From NCBI GenBank assembly GCA_045536095.1, contig JAZSMW010000100.1, forward strand, positions 1 to 33,629: a stretch of DNA of 33,629 bases, read 5' to 3'. The DNA is from Clostridia bacterium (GTDB lineage: Bacteria > Bacillota > Clostridia > Christensenellales > UBA1242). Made by a program: the position numbers and the translations under genes. The notes beneath the pieces were generated by a model that was not told the DNA's origin, searched no databases, and worked only from the letters and a program-made list of their open reading frames with translations. This document shows positions 1-9,912 of the stretch, one piece after another. The number at the start of each line of letters is the position of its first letter. Positions within the stretch are counted from its first letter, which is position 1.

Positions 1-807
1 TGTTTGCAAAATAAACTTACCATAAGTTAGTAACTTTTTACCAGAAAACTCACTACTTTTATTCAGTCTTTCGCTTATTAAATACATATTCATTAAATAC
101 GTATTATTTAAATTTATATAATTAATGTAGTACCCGAAGTCTATAAGCAAATCCATAAGAACCAAATTTCCATCTTCGCCACACATTAAAATTTGAGGCT
201 GCTCTTGATATAACTTATCAAACAATTTCTCCAGCCCAAAAAAAACATCCTTTAACTTTTCATCATCCAATATTTTCCCTTCGGCATATATACACCTAAG
301 CGAATTTAAAAAACTCAATCCTGCAATATTAACCTGCAGACTAGAAGAAGCAATAACAGACTCTTGAATAAAAATTTTATTTGGCATTTTTGCATAAAAA
401 CTTTTACACTCATTAAACGGATTTACACAAAAAGGCGAAAAATAAGATAGCCCGCTAGCCATACTAGGACAAACAATATATGACAAATTAAATTTATGTG
501 CAAAATACTTTGTAGCATTCACACAAGAACCTCCGCCAAACGCAACTAATAAATTTGCATCTTTTACTTTTTTCTCTAGCCTTAAAAGTTCATCCTTATT
601 TAAATTGTTTCTCACCACAAATTGCTCAACCCGTTTTGTTCCAACAATTAAAGAATTTAAAATGTTTGTAACATCTTCTGGCACTAAACTTTTAGAATTA
701 ATTAACAATATTTTTTGGTCGTTATAATTTAATTTTATATATGTTTTTAAATCGTCAAATGCATTTTTTTTGTAAATTATTTTTTTGTAATACAATTCCT
801 TCTCCAT
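1..807 (-). CDS. Partial CDS (C-terminus runs off the left edge): iron-containing alcohol dehydrogenase / sn-glycerol-1-phosphate dehydrogenase-like protein
   Basis: Absent from the ORF track because there is no stop in the window. My reverse-strand translation from ATG at 805-807 reads MEKELYYKKIIYKKNAF...ANLLVAFGGGSCVNATKYFAHKF... and stays open to position 1. The GGGS loop is typical of this dehydrogenase family. Confidence 0.45.
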   Translation of the reverse strand, partial: MEKELYYKKIIYKKNAFDDLKTYIKLNYNDQKILLINSKSLVPEDVTNILNSLIVGTKRVEQFVVRNNLNKDELLRLEKKVKDANLLVAFGGGSCVNATKYFAHKFNLSYIVCPSMASGLSYFSPFCVNPFNECKSFYAKMPNKIFIQESVIASSSLQVNIAGLSFLNSLRCIYAEGKILDDEKLKDVFFGLEKLFDKLYQEQPQILMCGEDGNLVLMDLLIDFGYYINYINLNNTYLMNMYLISERLNKSSEFSGKKLLTYGKFILQT

Positions 808-922
808 CCGCTTACTCCCTAAGGGAATAATAGCATACAATATTTTAAAAAAAATGTATTTTTTTGACAATTTTTATTTAATTTTTGTGTATTTTTTTTA
901 TTTTTTTAATAAAAATAATAAT

Positions 923-1990
923 ATGAAAAAATTTATTTATATTTTTATTGTTTTTATATTCTGTTTTTCGTTCTTTTACGTGCCACAAAAATCATGTCAT
1001 GCACAAGCCGATTTTTACTACACCACCAACGTAGAGCACTTGTTTACTCATGGATTAATTGCCTACCCCGAAATAGCATTTAACAAAAACAACTTTATGG
1101 CAAAACACTATCATCAAGACTGCATAACCAAAAACGAGTTTTTAAATATTTTAACCAGCCTTTACCAAAACAACTACGTTTTAATAAACATTAACGATTG
1201 CTTTGAAACAATCAACAATACCCCAGTTAAAAAAAGTGTTAAAGTTCCAATTGGCAAAAAACCAATTATTCTTAGTTTTGACGACATTAATTATGATAGC
1301 AAAAAACTTGGCCTTGGCATGGTAGATAAAATTATATTAGACCACAACCAAAATCTTGCAACCTCCACTTTAATTAACGGAAAAGAAGACATAAGCTACA
1401 ACAATGAGTTTGTTACAATACTAGAAAATTTTGTAAAAGAGCATCCAAACTTTTCACCATACGGGGCAAAGGGAACAATAAACCTAACCGGTTATGACGG
1501 CATTTTAGGATATAGAACAAGCCACACAAACAAAGTAAACCAAGAGTCTGAAATAACCCGTGCAAAAGCAGTTGCCAATTGTCTTTTAAACCTTGGCTGG
1601 ACATTTGCCAGCCATTCTTACGGGCATTACCATATGAACAAAATTTCGCTCAACAAATTTGAAAACGAATTAAAGTTGTGGAAGTCCGAAGTTGAGCCAA
1701 TTGTGGGCAAAACCCAAGTTTATGTTTATCCTTATGGCGAATGGCAAGTTTTTGAAAATGGAAATATTTGCCAAAAGCACAAACTTTTAAACCAATATGG
1801 ATTTAATTTGTTTTGTGGGGTTGGATTAAAAACTTTTTTTGGATATTTACCAAACAAAAACGGACACAAAGTTTTATTTATGGACAGAAAAAATTTAGAC
1901 GGCAACTCACTTTGTTCTAACCACCCAGAGTTAAAAATTTTCTTTAACCCTCAGCAAATTTTAGATGAAAAAAGAAATTTTTTAAACTAA
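923..1990 (+). CDS. Secreted polysaccharide deacetylase (NodB/CE4)-like protein
   Basis: ORF 854..1990. I prefer the internal start MKKFIYIFIVFIFCF (hydrophobic signal-like N-terminus). SFDD and HSYGH motifs resemble NodB motifs 1 and 2, although the spacing is longer than classical. Confidence 0.5.
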   Translation: MKKFIYIFIVFIFCFSFFYVPQKSCHAQADFYYTTNVEHLFTHGLIAYPEIAFNKNNFMAKHYHQDCITKNEFLNILTSLYQNNYVLININDCFETINNTPVKKSVKVPIGKKPIILSFDDINYDSKKLGLGMVDKIILDHNQNLATSTLINGKEDISYNNEFVTILENFVKEHPNFSPYGAKGTINLTGYDGILGYRTSHTNKVNQESEITRAKAVANCLLNLGWTFASHSYGHYHMNKISLNKFENELKLWKSEVEPIVGKTQVYVYPYGEWQVFENGNICQKHKLLNQYGFNLFCGVGLKTFFGYLPNKNGHKVLFMDRKNLDGNSLCSNHPELKIFFNPQQILDEKRNFLN

Positions 1991-2514
1991 ACCAACGAAT
2001 ATTCCCAAGGCGTTAATCTTGCCTCCACAACAAAGCATAAAATATAATTGGTGCTACTTTTTATTTGTTGCTGAACATTTAATTTTATGGCATTACAAAG
2101 CCCGAGATTTGTGTTTGAATTTACTAAATTATTATAATAAACATATCCGTCGGTTGCCTGTTGCCAGTTAGAAAATCCAAACATTGTTCCCGCATTTTTA
2201 AACTCACCGGCATCTAATCTTGCCCTTAAATATATTGGAGCTGTTAAGCTTAATGTTTTAACATTAACAACCTGCTTAATTTCTGTGGACACCACAAGCG
2301 ATCCACTATAGTTACATGCCGAAATGTACGCACCCTCGCCAATCACATCAATTGTTTGTTCCTCTCCCAAAACTTTGTTAAAAGAAATAACTCTACAATA
2401 ATAAAAACCACCTAAAAAATTATAGGTAATGCTAACCGCTAGCGTAATAGCCAAAAGCGAAACAACCGCCACTAAAGTTATTATTACTTTTTTTTGTTTT
2501 TCTTGTTTTTTCAT
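1987..2514 (-). CDS. Hypothetical membrane-anchored protein (single N-terminal TM helix)
   Basis: 175-aa ORF. It has a lysine-rich N-terminus followed by VIITLVAVVSLLAITLAVSI. I recognise no family motif. Confidence 0.45.
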   Translation of the reverse strand: MKKQEKQKKVIITLVAVVSLLAITLAVSITYNFLGGFYYCRVISFNKVLGEEQTIDVIGEGAYISACNYSGSLVVSTEIKQVVNVKTLSLTAPIYLRARLDAGEFKNAGTMFGFSNWQQATDGYVYYNNLVNSNTNLGLCNAIKLNVQQQIKSSTNYILCFVVEARLTPWEYSLV

Positions 2515-2563
2515 AATAATTATTATTGAACACTTTTTTAATATTTAATCAAATAACCTCTGC

Positions 2564-2610
2564 AAAAAAACAACCCCAAATTAACCCGTAGGTTAAACAA
2601 AAGGTTGTTT
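2564..2610 (-). terminator. Intrinsic terminator downstream of the 2610..3947 gene
   Basis: Outer stem AAACAACC (2568-2575) pairs with GGTTGTTT (2603-2610). It encloses inner hairpin TTAACC-CGTA-GGTTAA (2581-2596). A U-run follows on the minus strand (A-run 2564-2570). Confidence 0.5.
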
Positions 2611-3947
2611 TAAATTTTTATTTTTCTTGTTTTAGATGCCTTTGCATAACGTTTTAATTGTGCTTCTTTAAACTTGTTACTCTCTGCCTCTAATTCCCAT
2701 TTACGTTTTTGCCATTTGTAGCGCTTGTTTCCCCAAGCGTAGTCGTAAATTAAAACCATAAGACCTTGAACCAAATATATATAATAGTTCATAAAACGCC
2801 ACATTAACAAGCCCCAGAACACGGTTCCTTCTGGAAAAACACCCGTGAACACAGAAATAAACGCAATTTCACTCATACCCGTGCCCCCAGGAAGAGGAAT
2901 AAACCCCGAAGCCAAATCGATTAAAATTGAGAACACCCAAAACTTTAAAAAGATATTAAAGCCAGGCACTCCGCCCAACATTAAATATATAAAGTACGGA
3001 ATTGCAAAGTTGGCAACAAATTGCAAAAAGTTTAAAAGAATAAGCCCTGCAAATGCTTTAATGTTTTTTGTATAGGTTTTCATTGTTGTTTGAAAGCCCA
3101 TTACAGTATCCATAACTTTGTCGTACACTTTTTCATAGTTTTTAATTATTTTCATTTTTTGTAAAAGTTTTGTGCCTTTTACAACCAAAATTTTACCAAT
3201 ACGTTTACTTATGGATAAAATTAACACGCCAACAATCATTAAAAAGTTTAACGCAAAACCAACATACGATGCCACCGAAACAAGCGTGCCAGCATCTCCC
3301 AATTTGCCCGCAAAAATAGTGGCAAACAAACTTGTTACAAGCCATGCAATTTGAAAAACCACATACCTTGCAATTGGAATTGAAATTGATGTGCCAGGAT
3401 CTACCCCATGTTTGCTTAAATAAAACACCTGAAATGGTTGCCCACCCGTTGACATGGGGGTTATACAGTCGTAATACTTGCCTATTGCATTCATTTTATA
3501 ACACAAAAACATTCTTGTTCTTTTTGAACTTTGTTTTAATAAAACCGTTGCTCTAAATGTGTCTGAGGCCATAACAAAGCCAAATAGCGCAAAAATAATA
3601 AACCCATAATACCACTTAAAGTTGCCACTTGCTATAATTCTATCAAATGGTTCAACATTAGAATTTAAAACCTGAACCAACAAAATTACAACAACAACTG
3701 CAATGTTAATAATAAAAGTAAGCGCGGTTGTTATTTTTTTCTTTTTAGATTTTTGTTTTGCAACTTCTTGAGTTGCCTCACCCAATTTTTCATTAGCTAT
3801 TTCTTGTTTTGTTTGGTCTAAATCGTCTATACTTATTTGATTTTTTAATAAGTTTTGGTCGCCAAAAAGCGAGCCCGAATTAAACGAGCCCTTTTTAAAC
3901 CGTATGTTTTTATTTAATAAAACACTTTTAGTCGATTTTTTTGCCAT
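2610..3947 (-). CDS. Flippase-like / lysylphosphatidylglycerol-synthase TM-region family (UPF0104) membrane protein
   Basis: 445-aa polytopic ORF. The TGGQPFQVFYL and PLPGGTGMSE motifs are characteristic of the LPG_synthase_TM family. Confidence 0.6.
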   Translation of the reverse strand: MAKKSTKSVLLNKNIRFKKGSFNSGSLFGDQNLLKNQISIDDLDQTKQEIANEKLGEATQEVAKQKSKKKKITTALTFIINIAVVVVILLVQVLNSNVEPFDRIIASGNFKWYYGFIIFALFGFVMASDTFRATVLLKQSSKRTRMFLCYKMNAIGKYYDCITPMSTGGQPFQVFYLSKHGVDPGTSISIPIARYVVFQIAWLVTSLFATIFAGKLGDAGTLVSVASYVGFALNFLMIVGVLILSISKRIGKILVVKGTKLLQKMKIIKNYEKVYDKVMDTVMGFQTTMKTYTKNIKAFAGLILLNFLQFVANFAIPYFIYLMLGGVPGFNIFLKFWVFSILIDLASGFIPLPGGTGMSEIAFISVFTGVFPEGTVFWGLLMWRFMNYYIYLVQGLMVLIYDYAWGNKRYKWQKRKWELEAESNKFKEAQLKRYAKASKTRKIKI

Positions 3948-4112
3948 TACAAATATTATAATAACATATTTAAATTATATTTGTAAACTCTAAATTAATC
4001 AAAAAATTAAACATTATTATTTACACATTAAAAAATAAGTAGACATTTTTTTGTCGTGTTTTAAGAAAAACAACCAAGCTTTTGTCCTTATCAATTTAAG
4101 ACGCAACGCATA

Positions 4113-4142
4113 CTAAAAAAACTGTGGAACCCCACAGTTTTT
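4113..4142. terminator. Bidirectional intrinsic terminator after the PrsA-like gene
   Basis: Hairpin CTGTGG-AACC-CCACAG (4122-4137) is flanked by an A-run (4114-4121) and a T-run (4138-4142). Confidence 0.7.
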
Positions 4143-4145
4143 AAA

Positions 4146-5837
4146 CTATATTAATTTTTCTGCCACATAAGATTTTTTTATTTCCGAACTTTTAATGTAT
4201 TCTACGTCCACATTTTCATATTCAGAATAATTGTCTTGAACCAAGCTTTCATAAACCAAATCAAACACAGTTTTGTTGTTTAAGTTGTTTAATTTTTTTG
4301 ATTGAAGCTTTAAAATGTCGCTTTCTTTAAGAGATAAACTTCCGTCGCTTGCAAATGTAAACAAGTTTTCACAAGTGCCCATGTAATAAATTATATGAAC
4401 ACCATACTCTGTTTGAACAAGGCCAGAAAGCGCACCATACTCACCACGCTCATGTAACTTTCTAGATTCGTTTGTAAAGTTTTCAACCATTTTGCTATCG
4501 TTTTCGCCAATAACATAAGCATATTCAGCATTCATTATGCCATCATCTTCGTTATATTTATACATTAAAGTTTTAAACGCTTCGTCTTTTTGCTCGTTTG
4601 TTGATGCATTTTGTAATGCTGTTTGTATTTCCGACAATATACTGTTTACACCAATTGAGTCTTCGTTGGTTATTTCACCAGTTTCAGCATCTCTAACACT
4701 GCCTTTTATGTTATTGTAAAGGTTTTGTTTTTCTTTTTCTGCCCAAGCAGATGAAACAGTTCCCCCAACACCATTGGCACTTAAGTCTTTTAAATTATCG
4801 AACTGGGTTTGTTGTTCGTCACTAAATTTAATTAAAATATGCGCAACCGAAAAATACTCATCATTAATGAAATAATTTGCATTTTTAAATGTTTCTAACA
4901 TATCTTTCTTGTAAGTATCTAAATTGTTATCATAAATAAATTTAGATTCGCCCATCATTGCCTTATATCTGTTTAGCACCTGCATAACAGATATACCAGA
5001 AAATCCGTCGTTAAATTGTTTTTTGTTTTGATATTCAGTTAAATATTCGCTGTCTTCGTATGTTTCGTAAACCCTTTTAACTTCGTTAAACATAAGTTCT
5101 TCATCTGAGTAATTTGTTTTAAGGTTTTTTTGAGTTGCCCTTAAAGATGCCAAATATCTTCTGTAACCCTCTTTTGCATATTTGTTTTCTGAGTTATTAA
5201 TTGTTACAGCCTTAAACGCATCCTTAACGCTTGTTAATGCTTGATCAACAGTTCCATCTGTTTTTAAAACAACGCTAGAATCTTTAACTATTGTTTGATT
5301 TGCTTCTGTTTTTTTAATTTTGTAGGTTTGCGAACTTTCGTCAAACACAACTTCTGCAGTTTTTTGGTATGGCGTGTAAACCGTTCCTTCTTTTGTTTCT
5401 TCTTGCATAGAATCTGGTTCTTCTTCGCCCCAGTCTTTCATAATTTGAGATTTATAATCTTCTGCATTTGCAACAAGTGATTGATATGTTTGATATAACA
5501 AATCTTCAAATTTATCTTTAACTTTTTGTATAATTTCTTGGTCTTCTTTTGCTTTTTTAAGTAGCACTTCTCGGTTTATTAATGCATTAACTGTTGCAGC
5601 TTTGGCTTGATCTTCTGTGTATCCGTTAGAATTCATTAGCTGTGAACCATAGTTATTATATGCAGTAATAAATTCTTGCCTTGTAATGTTAATTTTTGAA
5701 CCATTATTATACTCTAGCGTAATAACATTTTCTTTTAAATAGTTTGCATTGTTCTTAGGAAACAAGTTGCAACCTGCAAGCATAAACGACATGCAAAACA
5801 CCAAAAGCAATGCCAAAATTTTGAATCTTTTTTTCAC
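4146..5837 (-). CDS. PrsA/SurA-like peptidyl-prolyl isomerase (parvulin-type) lipoprotein
   Basis: GTG start preceded by AGGAGA. Lipobox is MLAGC. Parvulin-like signatures are VAHILIKF and EYGVHIIYY. It lies downstream of mfd, as in many Bacillota. Confidence 0.6.
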   Translation of the reverse strand: MKKRFKILALLLVFCMSFMLAGCNLFPKNNANYLKENVITLEYNNGSKINITRQEFITAYNNYGSQLMNSNGYTEDQAKAATVNALINREVLLKKAKEDQEIIQKVKDKFEDLLYQTYQSLVANAEDYKSQIMKDWGEEEPDSMQEETKEGTVYTPYQKTAEVVFDESSQTYKIKKTEANQTIVKDSSVVLKTDGTVDQALTSVKDAFKAVTINNSENKYAKEGYRRYLASLRATQKNLKTNYSDEELMFNEVKRVYETYEDSEYLTEYQNKKQFNDGFSGISVMQVLNRYKAMMGESKFIYDNNLDTYKKDMLETFKNANYFINDEYFSVAHILIKFSDEQQTQFDNLKDLSANGVGGTVSSAWAEKEKQNLYNNIKGSVRDAETGEITNEDSIGVNSILSEIQTALQNASTNEQKDEAFKTLMYKYNEDDGIMNAEYAYVIGENDSKMVENFTNESRKLHERGEYGALSGLVQTEYGVHIIYYMGTCENLFTFASDGSLSLKESDILKLQSKKLNNLNNKTVFDLVYESLVQDNYSEYENVDVEYIKSSEIKKSYVAEKLI

Positions 5838-5892
5838 GAGTTTCTCCTATAAGCCAAATTTTTATGCCATGGCGACATAATTTAACGGTAAA

Positions 5893-5921
5893 ATTATACA
5901 ATAGTAAATTAAAAATTGCAA
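5893..5921 (-). promoter_or_regulatory. Sigma-70-type promoter for the PrsA-like gene
   Basis: Minus strand reads TTGCAA (5921-5916), a 17-nt spacer, then TATAAT (5898-5893). It abuts the mfd stop codon and leaves a ~55-nt leader containing an SD. Confidence 0.6.
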
Positions 5922-8900
5922 TCAATTTTCAATTTTTATTGCCATATTTAAAAAGTTTAAAACAAAATCTATTTTTTCGTCTATCGAGCACATTCCCATT
6001 TCAAAGTTTATTATTGGCACATCTTCAAATTTTAATGCTCCACAATTTGATTTAGAAAGGGCAAAATTTAAGCCTTTTGTTAAAATTTCTGGCATTTTAT
6101 ATAAGTACAAACAGCACTTATTTGCATCTATTAACACCCTCTTTACCTCTTGCTCACTAGCCAAATTTTTTATTTGCGCAATCTTTAGCAATCTTTGTGC
6201 CTCAATTGGTGGCGATTTAAAACTCTCTGCAAGTTTATTTAACATTTCTTCTCGTTGGTCATCTCTGGCAATTGTACTAATTTCACTGTATAATTTAATT
6301 CTGTCCTCTTCTTTTTCGATGTAATTTTTTGGCAAGTTTGCAGACGCAAAAATGTCTATTTTTATTGGTTTTGTTTCTTTAACCTTTTCACCCTTTAACT
6401 CTTTAACCGCGCTTTCTAATAATTTGCAGTACATGTCGTAACCCACTTTTTCTAGATGCCCATGTTGTTCTTTTCCCAATATGTCTCCCGCACCTCTAAT
6501 TTCTAAATCTCTCATTGCAATTTTAAAACCACTTCCAAGTTCGGTAAACTCCAAAATTGCATCTAAGCGCTTATATGCATCCGCAGTTAAAAGTTTAGCT
6601 GGGTTATAGGTAAAGTATGCATACGCAACCTTGTCACTTCTGCCAATTCTTCCTCTTAGTTGATAAAGTTCAGAAAGGCCAAGCCTGTCGGCATCTATAA
6701 CAATTAAAGTGTTGGCAAGTGGCAAATCTATACCACTTTCTATCAGTGTTGTGGCAACCATAATATCATACTCACCATTATACAATTTTAAAATGGTGTC
6801 TTCTAACATTTTTTCTGGCATTTGCCCATGTGCAACCCCCACTCTTGCCTCTGGCAAAAGTGCTCGAACTCTCGAGGCTTGCTCCATAATGCTTTCTACC
6901 CTATTGTAAACAAAAAGCACTTGCCCGCCACGAGCCAACTCTTTTTTACATGCGTTTAAAATTAGCGTGTCGCTTTCTTCTTGAACATATGTTTTAACCG
7001 CAATTCTTTCTTTTGGCGGGGTCTCTATAATAGAAATATCTCTCACCCCAGTTAGTGCCATGTTTAAAGTTCTTGGAATTGGTGTTGCAGACAAAGTTAA
7101 AACATCAACATTTTCTTTTAAAAGTTTAATTTTTTCTTTATCGGCAACGCCAAAACGTTGTTCTTCATCTAAAACCAACATGCCCAAGTTTTTAAAATTA
7201 ACATCCCCCGAAAGCAACCTATGCGTACCAATTATTAAGTCTATTTTTCCGTCTTTTAAATCTTTTAATATCTGTTCTTGCTGAGCCTTAGTTTTAAAAC
7301 GGTTTAGTACCTGAACCCTAACCATAAAATCTTTAAATCTTTCTATTGCGGTTTTATAATGTTGCTGAGAAAGTATGGTTGTTGGGCAAAGCAGAGCCAC
7401 CTGCTTGCCGTCTAAAACAGCCCTATAAATTGCCCTAAGCGCAACCTCGGTTTTACCATAGCCCACATCTCCGCATATTAAACGATCCATAATTTTTGGG
7501 CTTTCCATATCTTTTTTAATATCTGCAATTGCAGAGAGTTGATCTTCGGTTTCGGTGTATAAAAATGCGTTTTCAAACTCCTCATAAAGAGCCCCACCGT
7601 CGCTGTAAACATGCCCCTTGCTCTTTTCTCTTTTTGCGTAAATTTCCACCAAGTTTATAGCAAGTTTGCTAACACTTTCTTTAACTTTTTGTTTAATTTT
7701 TGCAAACTGTTCACCACCAATTTTATTAAGCTTTGTAGGAGCATCTGCACCCATATAAGCCGAAATTAAATCGGCTTGTTCACTTGGCAAATATAATTTG
7801 TCACCACCCAAATATTCAATAATAAAATAATCTTTTTCTGTGCCATTAAAGTTTAATTTTTCAAGTGCAATACACTTGCCAATTCCGTGCGTTTCATGAA
7901 CAACAAAGTCTCCAACCTTTGGCAAATAAAACACCTTGCGTTTTTTATTTTTACCAGTAATGTTTTTAACATCGGCTCTTGTTTTTTTAATTAAATCGTC
8001 CGTTCCAATAACAATTAAGCCCGAATCTAAAAAACTGCAACTTTTATAAAATTTTTGTTCAAGAACACACACCTGAAATTTGTTACTTAACATATTAATA
8101 TCTTCGGTTACAAAAATTCCGTGATTTACCAAATATTCACTAACTGAATTTTTGCTGTCGACCGAGCCGGCAAACAAAACAACTTTATATTTACTTCGCT
8201 CGTATATAAAAAGGTCATTTATTAAAGCCTTGTAATCAAAAGTGTATTTCCTGCTACCAATTGTTCTTATTGTTTCTTTAACATTATAATTTAACACTTT
8301 TTGATCTACACTACTAAAAATTAAATTTGCATCAAACCTTAAAACCTGATCTTCATCAAAAATATATTTTGCATGCAGTGGCAAAAGCTCACCCGTTTCT
8401 ATATAGTCATAAACATCAGCATAAAGTTCTTTTGCAATTTCTTTTAAACTGTCCGACATTTTTTTAGGTTCGTCAACAACAACTATGGCGTGCTGTTTAA
8501 CTATGTCTATAACCGAACAATAATTTTCAATAAAAGGCCTTAAATATTCTATATCACTAGCAAATAATTTTTCGTTTAAACCCTCTTCTACTTGCGAAAC
8601 AATTAAATTACTTTTAATAACCGCCTCACCGTTAGAACTTAAAAATTTTAATTCGTTTTTTAAGTTTTTTAAAACATCAAGTTTTTCTTCTTCATCCAAA
8701 TTATATAGCACGCAAGGAAATATGTTTATGTTTTCATATTCTTCAATTTTTTGCATTTCTTCGGAATCAAACAAACTTATCTTTTCTAGCATATCGCCAA
8801 AAAAATCCAACCTTATTAAATTGTCAAAATTTGGTAAAAATATGTCTAAAATATCACCTTTTATTGAAAAATCACCAATTTTTTCAGGTTTTTGACATTT

Positions 8901-9359
8901 TTTATAGCCGTAATTTATTAATTTTTGTGTTAACTCTAAAAAATTATACTCGCTATTAACCCGCATGCTAATGCCATCTTCTTTGCTAATTTTTTTAGGA
9001 AATTTATAAAATAAAACCTCCTCACTAATAAGCAAAACATCTGCCTCACCCAGCAAAAATTTATAAAGATTGGTAAGCATATCAATTTTTAAACTTTGAT
9101 CTTTAATTGGTGTAAAAATTGGAGGAGTTAAATCGGCGCTTAGCTGTAACACTTTTAAACCCAAGCACTCTAAATTCTCTTTAAGTTCTTGCATTTGTAA
9201 AATGCCACTTACAACAACGGCGCATGGCGCTTTGCTAGCAAAAATAGAAAGAGCCTTTTCTCCAGTTGTTGCCCCTTGCACATTTAAAACAAGGCCACTA
9301 CTTGTGGCCTCTTTAATTCTTTTTAATGCTCCAACATTTTTTAATATATTATTAAACAT
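5922..9359 (-). CDS. mfd: Transcription-repair coupling factor Mfd
   Basis: 1145 aa. Helicase motifs are GDVGYGKTEVA (Walker A) and DEEQRFGV. Length and position after pth are typical. RBS is AGAGG. Confidence 0.95.
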   Translation of the reverse strand: MFNNILKNVGALKRIKEATSSGLVLNVQGATTGEKALSIFASKAPCAVVVSGILQMQELKENLECLGLKVLQLSADLTPPIFTPIKDQSLKIDMLTNLYKFLLGEADVLLISEEVLFYKFPKKISKEDGISMRVNSEYNFLELTQKLINYGYKKCQKPEKIGDFSIKGDILDIFLPNFDNLIRLDFFGDMLEKISLFDSEEMQKIEEYENINIFPCVLYNLDEEEKLDVLKNLKNELKFLSSNGEAVIKSNLIVSQVEEGLNEKLFASDIEYLRPFIENYCSVIDIVKQHAIVVVDEPKKMSDSLKEIAKELYADVYDYIETGELLPLHAKYIFDEDQVLRFDANLIFSSVDQKVLNYNVKETIRTIGSRKYTFDYKALINDLFIYERSKYKVVLFAGSVDSKNSVSEYLVNHGIFVTEDINMLSNKFQVCVLEQKFYKSCSFLDSGLIVIGTDDLIKKTRADVKNITGKNKKRKVFYLPKVGDFVVHETHGIGKCIALEKLNFNGTEKDYFIIEYLGGDKLYLPSEQADLISAYMGADAPTKLNKIGGEQFAKIKQKVKESVSKLAINLVEIYAKREKSKGHVYSDGGALYEEFENAFLYTETEDQLSAIADIKKDMESPKIMDRLICGDVGYGKTEVALRAIYRAVLDGKQVALLCPTTILSQQHYKTAIERFKDFMVRVQVLNRFKTKAQQEQILKDLKDGKIDLIIGTHRLLSGDVNFKNLGMLVLDEEQRFGVADKEKIKLLKENVDVLTLSATPIPRTLNMALTGVRDISIIETPPKERIAVKTYVQEESDTLILNACKKELARGGQVLFVYNRVESIMEQASRVRALLPEARVGVAHGQMPEKMLEDTILKLYNGEYDIMVATTLIESGIDLPLANTLIVIDADRLGLSELYQLRGRIGRSDKVAYAYFTYNPAKLLTADAYKRLDAILEFTELGSGFKIAMRDLEIRGAGDILGKEQHGHLEKVGYDMYCKLLESAVKELKGEKVKETKPIKIDIFASANLPKNYIEKEEDRIKLYSEISTIARDDQREEMLNKLAESFKSPPIEAQRLLKIAQIKNLASEQEVKRVLIDANKCCLYLYKMPEILTKGLNFALSKSNCGALKFEDVPIINFEMGMCSIDEKIDFVLNFLNMAIKIEN

Positions 9360-9380
9360 TTTACCTCTTGTTTTTGTAAA

Positions 9381-9905
9381 TTAATTTATTTTTTGCAATA
9401 ACAAATTTATTCCTTCTTCTATTTCTTGATCTATTATGGTTAACTTATCTTCAGGAATTTTACTTAAAACAAAATCTGCTAAATTTGCAAACTTTTCATC
9501 TCTTCCAATACCAAATTTAATGCGTTTAAAATTTTGAACTCCTAGTTCGTTTACAATACTCTTAAGCCCATTATGTGTGCCAGCACTACCATTTTCTCGG
9601 TATCTTATTTTGCCAAGCGGAAGATCGATATCGTCCACCAAAACAAAAATATCTTCGCCGTCAACTTTAAATTTTTGACTTAGTTCATTAACACAAATTC
9701 CGCTTAAGTTCATGTAAGTTAAAGGCTTAACCAAAAGCAATTTTTGCCCATTGTAAAAAACCTCTGCAACCACGCCATCACACATTTTTTTTGTAAACGC
9801 GCCACCAAGTTTTTGAGCCAAATAATCAATTGCCCTAAAGCCAATATTATGATATGTTTTGTTATACTTGCTTTCAAAGTTGCCAAGTCCTACAATAATT
9901 TTCAT
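9381..9905 (-). CDS. pth: Peptidyl-tRNA hydrolase
   Basis: 174 aa. The N-terminus MKIIVGLGNFESKYNKTYHNIGF and the GTHNGLKS motif are canonical Pth. RBS is GAGGG. Confidence 0.95.
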   Translation of the reverse strand: MKIIVGLGNFESKYNKTYHNIGFRAIDYLAQKLGGAFTKKMCDGVVAEVFYNGQKLLLVKPLTYMNLSGICVNELSQKFKVDGEDIFVLVDDIDLPLGKIRYRENGSAGTHNGLKSIVNELGVQNFKRIKFGIGRDEKFANLADFVLSKIPEDKLTIIDQEIEEGINLLLQKIN

Positions 9906-9912
9906 TTTACCC

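Noticed and set aside
854-922. N-terminal extensions given by the ORF track: 854 for the deacetylase, 27014 (TTG) for the 27062 gene, 27011 for tatD, 28924 for the YjzC-like gene, 19134 for the DnaD-like gene and 22227 for the HD gene.
   Set aside because: The extensions lie inside promoter elements or poly-Phe/Tyr AT-rich sequence and lack an SD. The internal starts have an SD, a canonical family N-terminus (for example MIDTHAHL) or a signal-peptide start.
1413-1604. Short antisense ORFs nested inside long, well-supported genes. Examples: 1413..1604, 2845..3075, 3172..3354, 3332..3556, 4537..4719, 5295..5480, 6709..6909, 7060..7284, 9202..9384, 9744..9983, 10214..10432, 11819..12091, 12116..12355, 12953..13210, 13438..13755, 13784..14179, 20645..20848, 20873..21064, 21226..21423, 21829..22077, 22968..23198, 25467..25673, 26218..26445, 27148..27435, 27574..27756, 29335..29523, 29723..30019, 30068..30292, 32786..33061.
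   Set aside because: Each overlaps almost completely a longer ORF on the opposite strand that has recognisable family motifs. They lack RBSs and have the low-complexity composition typical of antisense frames in AT-rich DNA.
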